DNA from: an uncultured Gammaproteobacteria bacterium
GTDB taxonomy: Bacteria > Pseudomonadota > Gammaproteobacteria > Pseudomonadales > Litorivicinaceae
NCBI GenBank assembly: GCA_937139465.1
Contig: CAKZQE010000239.1
Location: 4,584-28,583 of the forward strand
Length of the DNA: 24,000 nt
Direction of reading: 5' to 3'
Position numbers and translations under genes: made by a program. Below the pieces are notes generated by a model that was given only the letters and a program-made list of their open reading frames with translations, was not told the origin of the DNA and made no database searches. Of this stretch, positions 7,412 to 15,212 are shown piece by piece (positions within the stretch are counted from its first letter, which is position 1; each line of letters begins with the position of its first letter).

Positions 7412-8065
7412 TCAGTCCCGGAAGCTGGTGCTGAGCCAGCCGTTAGCGTCGGCGTGGGCCAACAGCCGCTCATCGCCGTCCACCACGACCGGGCGGTCAA
7501 CCTGTTTTAACAGCGGCAGGTCATTGTGCGAGTCGCTGTAGAAGCTGGTGCTGGAATAGTCCGGGCGACCCTGCAGCCATTGCTTTAGCGCGTCCACTTT
7601 GCCGCCCTGAAAGGTCGGGATGCCGACGATTTCCCCGGTGTACTCGCCGTCGACCTGTTCGATGTCGATGCCGAGGCAGTGTTCGATACCTAAGCTGTCG
7701 ACGATCGGGCCTGCGATAAATCGGCTGGTGGCCGTAATCACCAGAATGTCATCGCCGTTTTCACGGTGACCGTCCAGTATTTCCGGCGTGCGCTTGGCGA
7801 CCATGCCAGGGACCACGTCGTTGACATACTGGTCGCGCCACGCGCTGACTTTTTGGGTTCCAAACTCACGGTGTAGCCGGAACGCCCAGCGGTTGTATTC
7901 GCGGATATCCAAGTTTCCCGAGGCGTATTCGCGGTACCAGCGCTCGTTGTTGGCCTTGTGCTCGTCTGGATCGACTACGCCAAGGGTGACCAGAAAATCA
8001 TTCCAGCCACGGTCGCTGTCGTCGTGCAAAAGGGTGTGGTCGAGGTCAAAGATCGCGAGATTCAT
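7412..8065 (-). CDS. HAD-superfamily subfamily IB hydrolase (SerB-like; possible PA0335-type histidinol-phosphatase)
   Basis: HAD motif I is present at the N-terminus (MNLAIFDLDHTLL), along with VITATSRF and YSDSHNDLPLL. The gene is divergent from rppH-ptsP, the same position as PA0335 in P. aeruginosa. Confidence 0.75.
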   Translation of the reverse strand: MNLAIFDLDHTLLHDDSDRGWNDFLVTLGVVDPDEHKANNERWYREYASGNLDIREYNRWAFRLHREFGTQKVSAWRDQYVNDVVPGMVAKRTPEILDGHRENGDDILVITATSRFIAGPIVDSLGIEHCLGIDIEQVDGEYTGEIVGIPTFQGGKVDALKQWLQGRPDYSSTSFYSDSHNDLPLLKQVDRPVVVDGDERLLAHADANGWLSTSFRD

Positions 8066-8129
8066 TCAGTTCCATTGCCAAGCTCAGGTCAGGGGTGAAA
8101 GAATGCTGTCTAATGCAAGGAGATTCAAT

Positions 8130-8618
8130 GTGTTAGATGGCGACGGTTTTCGCCTCAACGTGGGCATGGTGCTCATGAACGCGCGCGGCCAGGTTTTTTG
8201 GGGGCAGCGTCCGCGTAATGCTGGATCTCAATTTCCCCAGGGCGGTGTCGACGAGGGCGAGTCCGCTGAACAGGCGATGTACCGCGAATTGCGCGAGGAA
8301 ACTGGCCTGAATCCCGATGACGTTAAGGTGCTCGGACGAACCCAGGACTGGGTTCGCTACCACCTGCCGCGGCGTTTTCGCCGTAAACCGCCGGGCTGCG
8401 TCGGGCAAAAGCAGAAATGGTTCCTGCTGGAATTGATTTCAGACGACAGCGCGATCCATTTTGACACCGGCACCAAGGCCGAGTTCGCAGGGTTCGAGTG
8501 GGTCAGCTGGTGGTACCCGGTGGGCCAGGTCGTGCCCTTTAAGCGCGACGTATACCGGCGCGTGCTGTCTGAAATGCTACCCATCCGCGACGCGGCGCTG
8601 GGCCATGTCGTTGATTGA
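8130..8618 (+). CDS. rppH: RNA pyrophosphohydrolase RppH (NudH)
   Basis: The Nudix box GGVDEGESAEQAMYRELREETGL is present. I place the start at GTG 8130, giving (M)LDGDGFRLNVG, the usual RppH N-terminus. SD AAGGAG (8117-8122) lies 7 nt upstream. The track ORF starting at 7788 is an artefactual extension over the HAD gene. Confidence 0.9.
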   Translation: MLDGDGFRLNVGMVLMNARGQVFWGQRPRNAGSQFPQGGVDEGESAEQAMYRELREETGLNPDDVKVLGRTQDWVRYHLPRRFRRKPPGCVGQKQKWFLLELISDDSAIHFDTGTKAEFAGFEWVSWWYPVGQVVPFKRDVYRRVLSEMLPIRDAALGHVVD

Positions 8619-10893
8619 AACCCTTCGGGGGATCGTCCAAGGCGTCGCCAACGCCCGCGACCTGAATACCGCCATGGAACTGTTGGTGGTCAAGGTCAAA
8701 AACGCCATGAACGTCGGCGTGTGCTCGGTTTATTTGAACGACCCCCAGGCCGAGCGCTTTTTGTTGATGGCCTCGGACGGGTTGAACCGTCAGAGTGTGG
8801 GCAAATCCTATTTGGAATACGGCCAAGGGTTGGTCGGTTTGGTGGCCGAGCGCGCCGAGCCCGTCAACACCGACCATGCGCCGGATCACCCGAATTATCA
8901 GTTCCTGAACGAAACCGGCGAGGATCGGTACTTCTCGTTCCTGGGCGTGCCCATCATGCACCAGCGCCGGGTGCTGGGCGTAATTGTGGTGCAGCAGTCG
9001 ACGCCGCGTGCCTTCGATGACGCCGAAGTGTCGATGTTGATGACCCTGTCGGCGCAGATGTCCTCCGTGATTGCCCATGCACAAGCCATCGGTGAACAGG
9101 GTGCCTGGGCGTGGCAAACCCTGAGCGATGACCGCCGCTTCCATGGCATTGGCGCCTCGCCGGGTATCGGTATGGGCCGCGCCTATGTGATGCAGTCCTC
9201 CCAGTTGTCGACCATTCCCAACACCCAGGCCGACAATCCCAGTGACGAGGAAGCGCGCTTTGTTGCCGCGGTGAATGAACTGAAGACCAGCTTGGGTCAA
9301 ACCAGTGATCGCTTGGCCGATCGTGTCGCGGTCGAGGAACGGACCCTGTTTGACGCCTACACGCGGATGCTGGATGACGATGCTCTGGCGGGGGCTATTT
9401 TGGGTCGTATACGCAGCGGCCAGGGTGCAATTGGCGCCACGGCGCGGGTCGCAGAAGCCTTGAGCCAGCGCTTTGATGCCATGGACGATGCCTATTTGCG
9501 TGAGCGCGGCAGCGACGTTCGTGATTTGGGTCGTCGGCTGATTGCGGCGCTGCAGGCGACCTCGGCCAAGGTCGAATGGCCAGACCAGGTCGTGCTGGTG
9601 GCCGACGAATTGACCCCAGCGGTGCTCGGTGACGTGCCGCGGGATAAGCTCGCGGGCCTGTTGGCGGTGCGCGGTAGCGCCAGCTCCCACGTGGCGATTC
9701 TAGCGCGCTCCATGGGCGTGCCCTGTGTGGTGGGGGCGGGGGATTTGCCCAGCGCTATCCTGCATGACCTAGAGGTTGTCGTGGATGGCTATCGCAACTT
9801 GGCGGTGGTCAATCCGGGCCGATTTACTCGGGTCGCTTATCAACTGGTCAAGCGTGAAGAATCCCAGCTCGAGCGTGAGCTCGGAAAGCTAGCCGGTGCT
9901 CCAGCGGTGACCCTAGATCAGCATCACTTGCCGCTGCTGGTCAACATGGGCGCCGGGGGTGATTCCTTGTCGGCGTTGGCGGCGGCCAGCGAGGGCTGTG
10001 GCCTGTCGCGGACGGAAATCCCCTTCATGCTGGAATCGAGCTTCCCGACCGAGGCCGCCCAGCGCGCGGTGTACCGGGCAGAGTTGGAAGCCTTTGCTCC
10101 CAAGCCCGTGACCATGCGCACGCTGGACATTGGTGGCGATAAGGCCCTGCCCTATTTCCCCATCCACGAGGCCAATCCGTTTTTGGGATGGCGCGGGATT
10201 CGGGTGTCACTCGATCACCCGGAGCTGTTCATGGCCCAGGTGCGCGCCATGATTTCGGCCAGCGAAGGGCTCGGTAACCTGCAGATCATGTTGCCGATGG
10301 TGTCCCAGATCAGTCAGCTGGACGAAGCCCTGGCGATGATTCACCGTGCCTGGCAGGAGTTGGTGCACGAGGGTCTGGACGTTGATTTGCCGAAAATCGG
10401 GGTAATGATTGAGGTGCCGGCGACGGTGTATCAGATCCCCGAGATTGCGCGTCGCGTCGATTTTGTCAGCGTCGGCTCAAACGATTTGACCCAGTACCTG
10501 CTGGCGGTGGACCGCGACAACGCCCAGGTCGCCGACCTCTACGACGGCTTCCACCCGGCGGTGATTCGCGCGTTGACGGCCATCGCGGCCGGGGCTAAGG
10601 CGTGCAGCGTCAACGTCTCGATTTGTGGCGAAATGGCCGGCGACCCCCTGGCGGCGCCCCTGCTGCTGGCGATGGGCTATGACAGCCTATCCATGAGTGT
10701 GACTCAGATTAAACGCGTTAAACGCATCATTACGGCACTGAGTTTCAACCAGGCGCATCTGTGGCTGGACGAGGTGCTGGTGATGGAGAACCCCGATCAG
10801 GTGCGCCGATACCTGACCGATCAATTTGTCGGCCTTGAGCTGGATCAGTTGATCGCCCCGAAAGGCCTGCGCCGCCTAGAAGACAGTCAGTGA
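8605..10893 (+). CDS. ptsP: Phosphoenolpyruvate-protein phosphotransferase PtsP (EI-Ntr), GAF plus PEP-utilising domains
   Basis: The start at ATG 8605 (MSLIETLRGIV) overlaps rppH by 14 nt. An N-terminal GAF-like region is followed by the EI active-site segment GSASSHVAILARSMGVPCVVG and the C-terminal SVGSNDLTQYLLAVDR motif. rppH-ptsP adjacency is conserved in E. coli and Pseudomonas. Confidence 0.92.
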   Translation: MSLIETLRGIVQGVANARDLNTAMELLVVKVKNAMNVGVCSVYLNDPQAERFLLMASDGLNRQSVGKSYLEYGQGLVGLVAERAEPVNTDHAPDHPNYQFLNETGEDRYFSFLGVPIMHQRRVLGVIVVQQSTPRAFDDAEVSMLMTLSAQMSSVIAHAQAIGEQGAWAWQTLSDDRRFHGIGASPGIGMGRAYVMQSSQLSTIPNTQADNPSDEEARFVAAVNELKTSLGQTSDRLADRVAVEERTLFDAYTRMLDDDALAGAILGRIRSGQGAIGATARVAEALSQRFDAMDDAYLRERGSDVRDLGRRLIAALQATSAKVEWPDQVVLVADELTPAVLGDVPRDKLAGLLAVRGSASSHVAILARSMGVPCVVGAGDLPSAILHDLEVVVDGYRNLAVVNPGRFTRVAYQLVKREESQLERELGKLAGAPAVTLDQHHLPLLVNMGAGGDSLSALAAASEGCGLSRTEIPFMLESSFPTEAAQRAVYRAELEAFAPKPVTMRTLDIGGDKALPYFPIHEANPFLGWRGIRVSLDHPELFMAQVRAMISASEGLGNLQIMLPMVSQISQLDEALAMIHRAWQELVHEGLDVDLPKIGVMIEVPATVYQIPEIARRVDFVSVGSNDLTQYLLAVDRDNAQVADLYDGFHPAVIRALTAIAAGAKACSVNVSICGEMAGDPLAAPLLLAMGYDSLSMSVTQIKRVKRIITALSFNQAHLWLDEVLVMENPDQVRRYLTDQFVGLELDQLIAPKGLRRLEDSQ

Positions 10894-11606
10894 GCACCCG
10901 GGCGCGTGCCGGTAACCACGCTGGCGCTGGCGTGGGTGGTTTCGGTAAGTGTTAACCCCTGCCCATCGCCGCTGATCTGCGTGGTCGACAAGGTCGCGTA
11001 GTCATCACCCAAAATGCGTGCGCTCGATAGGCGCTTTTCCCAGGCCGGTGACACGCCCGTGTTCGGTAGCATCGCGTCGGGGTAGGTGTGGGTGTCCATC
11101 ATGGCTTGATACGCCAACCTAGGGCTTGATCGCATAGCCCGGCAAACGGACAGGGTTTTCGGCCACGGCGTGTTCAAGCTTGCGTTGCTGATGCCGTAGA
11201 CGCCGCCGGGCAGGCGCCTCGGTGCTTGGCCGGATTGGCTGTTGAAAAACCATAGGTGTGGCCCGTCAAGTAGCAACAGATTAAAGGGGCTGAAGTCCTC
11301 AATGTTAAGGCTCGATATATAGTCAGCTGGGTTGGCACTGCCGGCTAAATAGTCCCTGACCAGGGCGCCACGGGACCGCTCGCCCGTGGGCGCCTTGGGG
11401 TCGCGGACGTTGGTCAAGCACGCCATGCGGTGGCCGGGCGCGATGCCGATCCATGCGCCGCCCGCTTGGAGGTCGCGGCCGCCGAAAAAGCCCTCTTCCC
11501 AGTCGTGTGCGGCTTGTGTTGGACGCGCGGTAAACTCATCGCGATTGGCGACCAGATCGAGGCGAAAGTCGGGGTGGTGGCTCCAGCGTACAACGATCAG
11601 ACACAT
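10887..11606 (-). CDS. NRDE family protein (DUF833, TANGO2-like)
   Basis: The N-terminus MCLIVV (conserved Cys2) and the eponymous NRDE motif (LVANRDEF) are present. I place the start at ATG 11606. The longer ORF to 11642 begins with TTG and would overlap the divergent gene. The stop overlaps the ptsP stop by 7 nt. Confidence 0.8.
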   Translation of the reverse strand: MCLIVVRWSHHPDFRLDLVANRDEFTARPTQAAHDWEEGFFGGRDLQAGGAWIGIAPGHRMACLTNVRDPKAPTGERSRGALVRDYLAGSANPADYISSLNIEDFSPFNLLLLDGPHLWFFNSQSGQAPRRLPGGVYGISNASLNTPWPKTLSVCRAMRSSPRLAYQAMMDTHTYPDAMLPNTGVSPAWEKRLSSARILGDDYATLSTTQISGDGQGLTLTETTHASASVVTGTRPGAH

Positions 11607-11641
11607 GATAGGATGGTGTTTTCCAGTTTCAGTGGTTGCCA

Positions 11642-12430
11642 ATGCTTTTCGTTTTATACGCGCTAATCGGCATGTTCGCGGGATTTAGCGCAGGTCTATT
11701 CGGCATTGGCGGCGGCCTGATCATCGTACCTGCCTTGCTGCCATTGTTCGCCCTTGAACAGATCAACCCTAGCGTTGCGGTGCATCTAGCGATTGGCACA
11801 TCCTTGGCCACCATTGTCGTCACGGCGCTGAGTTCGATCCGTGCACACCACGCAAAAGGCAACGTCGACTGGGCCGTGTTCAAGCGCTTTGGCCTTGGGC
11901 TGGGGCTGGGCGCCATTTTGGGTGGGTTGACGGCGGATTTAACCCCCGGGCCCTGGCTACGCTTGGCCTTTGCTGGCTTCACGTGGTTGATGGCCGCTCG
12001 GCTATTGCTGGCGGCGGCCCCGGTTGCGTCCCGGGCGCTGCCTGCTGGGCCCTATGTGGTGGCAGCGGGATCCGGTATCGGCTGGATTTCCTCGCTGTTT
12101 GGTATCGGCGGTGGCGCCATGAGTGTGCCCTATCTGATTCACCACAACGTCGATGCCAAGCGCGCCGTCGGCACCAGCGCCGCGGGCGGTTTGCCAATAG
12201 CCCTGATGGGTGCGGCGACCTATCTGTTGGCCGGCTGGGCTACGCCGGGGCTGCCGGACTGGGCGCTCGGGTACATCTATTTGCCGGCATTTTTGTCGAT
12301 TGTGGTGCTCAGCATTCCCTTTGCTCAGCTGGGTGCGAATGTCGCCTCGCGCCTGTCGTCGGTGGCGATTAAACGGGTGTTCGCGGCGTTTTTGCTGGTC
12401 GTGGGTGCCGTCTTGATGGTGACTGGCTGA
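11642..12430 (+). CDS. TauE/SafE (TSUP) family anion-export permease
   Basis: Polytopic membrane protein with two internally repeated halves, each carrying GxGGG (FGIGGGLIIVP and FGIGGGAMSVP). ATG 11642 is preferred over the in-frame TTG at 11636. The stop overlaps the lgt start (TGATG). Confidence 0.8.
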   Translation: MLFVLYALIGMFAGFSAGLFGIGGGLIIVPALLPLFALEQINPSVAVHLAIGTSLATIVVTALSSIRAHHAKGNVDWAVFKRFGLGLGLGAILGGLTADLTPGPWLRLAFAGFTWLMAARLLLAAAPVASRALPAGPYVVAAGSGIGWISSLFGIGGGAMSVPYLIHHNVDAKRAVGTSAAGGLPIALMGAATYLLAGWATPGLPDWALGYIYLPAFLSIVVLSIPFAQLGANVASRLSSVAIKRVFAAFLLVVGAVLMVTG

Positions 12431-13236
12431 TGTTGAACTACCCACAGATTGACCCGGTCGCGATTCAGCTGGGGCCGTTGGCTATTCATTGGTATGGGCT
12501 GACCTACCTTGCGGCGTTTGCCCTGTGTGGATGGCTGGTGATGCGCCGCGCCGCACGTGATGATTTGCCGCTGGCGCCGGGGCGTATCAGTGACCTGATT
12601 AATTGGGTCGCCCTGGGCGTGATTGGCGGTGGCCGCCTCGGTTACATGCTGTTTTATGACCTTTCGGGCTGGCTCGCGAATCCGTTAAAGGTGCTGCAGA
12701 TTTGGGACGGCGGCATGTCCTTTCATGGCGGGTTGTTGGGTGTCGTGGTGGCGCTGGCGTGGTTTGCCCGCCGCGAGGGGGAATCGCTGATCCGTGTCGG
12801 CGACCTGGTGGCCCCGGCGATTCCCATTGGGTTGATGTGCGGGCGTCTGGGCAACTTCATTGGCGGCGAGCTCTGGGGCCGGCCGACGGATGTGCCCTGG
12901 GGCATGGTCTTTCCCCACGTTGATGCGCTGGCGCGTCACCCATCGCAGCTGTATCAGGCTGCCGGCGAAGGGCTTGCCCTGTTTTTGCTGCTGTGGTGGT
13001 TCGCCCGGGTTCCGCGTCGGCCCGGGCAGGTCGCCGGTGCTTTTCTGATGGGCTACGCGGCCTTCCGGTTTCTGGCCGAATTCGCCCGCGAGCCCGATGC
13101 GCATTTGGGGCTCGTTGCCTTGGACTGGGTCACCATGGGCCAGCTATTGTCACTGCCGATGCTGGCCGCCGGTGCGCTGCTCTGGTGCTATGCGGCTCGC
13201 TGGGCCGGCCCGCTCAAATTGACTAAGGAATCCTGA
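12430..13236 (+). CDS. lgt: Phosphatidylglycerol-prolipoprotein diacylglyceryl transferase
   Basis: Motifs present: IHWYGLTYLAAF, SFHGGLLG, GRLGNFIGGELWGRPT and HPSQLYQA. The gene sits directly upstream of thyA as in E. coli, with a TGATG overlap. Confidence 0.92.
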   Translation: MLNYPQIDPVAIQLGPLAIHWYGLTYLAAFALCGWLVMRRAARDDLPLAPGRISDLINWVALGVIGGGRLGYMLFYDLSGWLANPLKVLQIWDGGMSFHGGLLGVVVALAWFARREGESLIRVGDLVAPAIPIGLMCGRLGNFIGGELWGRPTDVPWGMVFPHVDALARHPSQLYQAAGEGLALFLLLWWFARVPRRPGQVAGAFLMGYAAFRFLAEFAREPDAHLGLVALDWVTMGQLLSLPMLAAGALLWCYAARWAGPLKLTKES

Positions 13237-14132
13237 TGCATCCCGAACAGCAATACTTGGACTTGATGGCTCGACTGTTGGCGGACGGCGACCCGCGGGG
13301 GGACCGCACGGGCGTCGGCACGCGGTCGTTGTTTGGGCAGGTGTTGCGCTTTGATCTGGCAGCCGGGACGCCCGTGTTCACCACGAAAAAAGTGGCTTGG
13401 AAGCATGCGGCCAAGGAAATGCTGTGGTTCCTGCGCGGGGACACCAACATTCGCAGTTTGCTGGAGGGCAGTCCGCGGGTGACGATTTGGTCGGATTGGC
13501 CACACCGGCGCTACTGCGACGAAACCGGCGATACCTTGAGCATGCGTGATTTCGAGGATCGTATCTTGGCAGACGATGCCTTTGCCGCGCAGTGGGGCGA
13601 CCTTGGGCCGGTTTACGGCAAGCAATGGCGGCGCTGGTTGGCCGCGGATGGACGCGAAATTGATCAGGTCGAGGACGCCCTGGCGCTGCTGAAACACGAC
13701 CCGACATCACGGCGAATCATTGTCGAGGGCTGGAACGTCGGCGAGCTTGATCAGATGACCTTGCCGCCCTGTCACAAGACCTATCAGTTTTGGGTGTCTG
13801 GCGAGGGACGGTTGTCGCTGATGCTGACCCAGCGCAGTGCGGATGTGCTGTTGGGCGTGCCCTTTAACTGTGTCGGCGCGTCGGTGTTTTTGCATGTGAT
13901 GGCCGCCAAGGCCGGTTTGCAGGTCGGCGAGCTGGTGTGGTGTGGGGCGGACGTTCACCTTTATCAAAATCACCTAGCGCAGGCGGCCACTCAGATTGCG
14001 CGCACACCCGCGCCTTGGCCGCGGCTGACCTACAGCGGTGGCGATAAGGCCTGGGAGGCGATTTCACTGGCCGATTTTACCCTGGAGGACTACGACCCAG
14101 CCCCCGCCATACCCGCTCCAGTGGCCGTCTGA
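13236..14132 (+). CDS. thyA: Thymidylate synthase (ThyA) with a ~30-aa small-domain insertion
   Basis: Motifs present: DRTGVGTRSLFG, LWFLRGDTN, GDLGPVYGKQWR, the catalytic LPPCH, and QRSADVLLGVPFN. At 298 aa it is longer than the 264-aa E. coli enzyme. Confidence 0.93.
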   Translation: MHPEQQYLDLMARLLADGDPRGDRTGVGTRSLFGQVLRFDLAAGTPVFTTKKVAWKHAAKEMLWFLRGDTNIRSLLEGSPRVTIWSDWPHRRYCDETGDTLSMRDFEDRILADDAFAAQWGDLGPVYGKQWRRWLAADGREIDQVEDALALLKHDPTSRRIIVEGWNVGELDQMTLPPCHKTYQFWVSGEGRLSLMLTQRSADVLLGVPFNCVGASVFLHVMAAKAGLQVGELVWCGADVHLYQNHLAQAATQIARTPAPWPRLTYSGGDKAWEAISLADFTLEDYDPAPAIPAPVAV

Positions 14133-14194
14133 TGTTGGATTTTGTTAAGCAGTTAGTCCACTATCTGCGAATCAATTAACAGGACAACGTTTTT

Positions 14195-14641
14195 ATGACT
14201 GGCAATCCAGAGGGCACGCTTCTGATCATCGAAGACAGCGATGATGATTATCTCTTCACCAAGCGTGCCTTCAAAAAAGCGAAATTAGCCAATCCGCTGA
14301 ACCGTTGCTCCGGCGGCGACGAGGCGCTGGACTACCTGTTTCGCCGCAATGGATTTGAGGATGCCGAGCGTCCGTCGATTATTCTGTTGGACCTGAACAT
14401 GCCGGGCACAAACGGTCACCAGGTCTTGGCTCAGATCAAAGCCGATGCGCAGCTGTGCCGCATTCCGGTGATTGTGCTGACGACCTCGGACGATCCCCGT
14501 GATATCGAGCGGTGCTATAAGGCCGGGGCCAATAGCTACGTGCAAAAACCGGTGGACTTGGACGGCTTTGTGACTGCCATGTCGCGGCTGAAAGACTACT
14601 GGTTCGAGATCGCCCTGCTGCCAGAAACCACGGATTCATGA
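14195..14641 (+). CDS. Single-domain (receiver-only) response regulator
   Basis: 148 aa. The acidic pocket EDSDDD, phospho-acceptor ILLDLNMPG, VLTTS and YVQKP (Lys) are all intact, and there is no output domain. The stop overlaps the folA start (ATGA at 14638-14641). Confidence 0.85.
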   Translation: MTGNPEGTLLIIEDSDDDYLFTKRAFKKAKLANPLNRCSGGDEALDYLFRRNGFEDAERPSIILLDLNMPGTNGHQVLAQIKADAQLCRIPVIVLTTSDDPRDIERCYKAGANSYVQKPVDLDGFVTAMSRLKDYWFEIALLPETTDS

Positions 14642-15135
14642 TCAAGCTGGCGGCCGTTGTCGCCATGGGCAGCAACCGGTGCATCGGCATTGACAATAAG
14701 CTGCCCTGGTACCTCCCTGAAGACCTTAAACATTTCAAAGCCGTGACGCTGGGTAAACCCGTCATCATGGGTCGCAAGACCTTTGAAAGCATCGGCAAGC
14801 CGCTTCCAGGGCGCACCAATATTGTGATTACGCGATCCGGCGATTGGTCAGCACCGGGTTGCCGTGTGGTGCCCTCAATCGAGCGTGGCATTGCCATGGG
14901 CAAAGCTCAGGCCGAGCTAGACGGTGTGGATGAAGCCATGGTCATTGGCGGTGCTCAGATTTACGCCGCAACCCTCGACCAACTTGACCGGCTTTACTTG
15001 ACCGAGGTCGACACCGCGCCAGCGGGTGATGCGTTTTTCCCGGCGTTGAGTGATGACTGGCAACAGATCGATGAGCGTGCGGTGGCCTCGGTTGACGGGC
15101 GTCCGGGTTATCGCTTTTTGACCTTGGGCCGATAG
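14638..15135 (+). CDS. folA: Dihydrofolate reductase
   Basis: Canonical FolA signature: AVVAMGSNRCIGIDNKLPWYLPEDLKHFKAVTLGKPVIMGRKTFESIGKPLPGRTNIVITR. Length is 165 aa. Confidence 0.92.
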   Translation: MIKLAAVVAMGSNRCIGIDNKLPWYLPEDLKHFKAVTLGKPVIMGRKTFESIGKPLPGRTNIVITRSGDWSAPGCRVVPSIERGIAMGKAQAELDGVDEAMVIGGAQIYAATLDQLDRLYLTEVDTAPAGDAFFPALSDDWQQIDERAVASVDGRPGYRFLTLGR

Positions 15136-15212
15136 CTCGGCTGGGTATCGCGTTTTGGTGGCGATGCTTCGATTACTGGCTTTTTGGATCCTAGGGACGC
15201 CAGCCCGACCGG

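Noticed and set aside
7788-8129. Long N-terminal extensions in the ORF track: rppH from 7788, ptsP from 8461, argD to 7500, yccF to 19110, and the NRDE gene to 11642.
   Set aside because: The extensions overlap neighbouring well-supported genes and encode no conserved sequence. Internal starts reproduce the canonical family N-termini, and two of them (rppH, argD) have recognisable Shine-Dalgarno sites.
8539-9690. A 383-aa ORF antisense to ptsP. Similar long antisense or out-of-frame ORFs occur at 1378-1935, 4793-5317, 6988-7410, 11983-12445, 12685-13104, 13188-13697, 14436-14903, 15479-15898, 15951-16340, 16389-16934, 17730-18188, 20451-21323, 22806-23397 and 23459-23942.
   Set aside because: Each lies entirely within, and opposite or out of frame to, a gene with clear family motifs. 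Their translations are Arg/Pro/Gly/Ala-rich low-complexity sequence, typical of shadow ORFs in GC-rich DNA. None has a start context or a recognisable domain.
15130-15158. A hairpin after folA (CGATA-N11-TATCG followed by CGTTTTGG), considered as an intrinsic terminator.
   Set aside because: The stem is only 5 bp and AT-containing, the loop is 11 nt, and the T-tract is short and interrupted. This is too weak to call, so folA may read through into the kinase gene.
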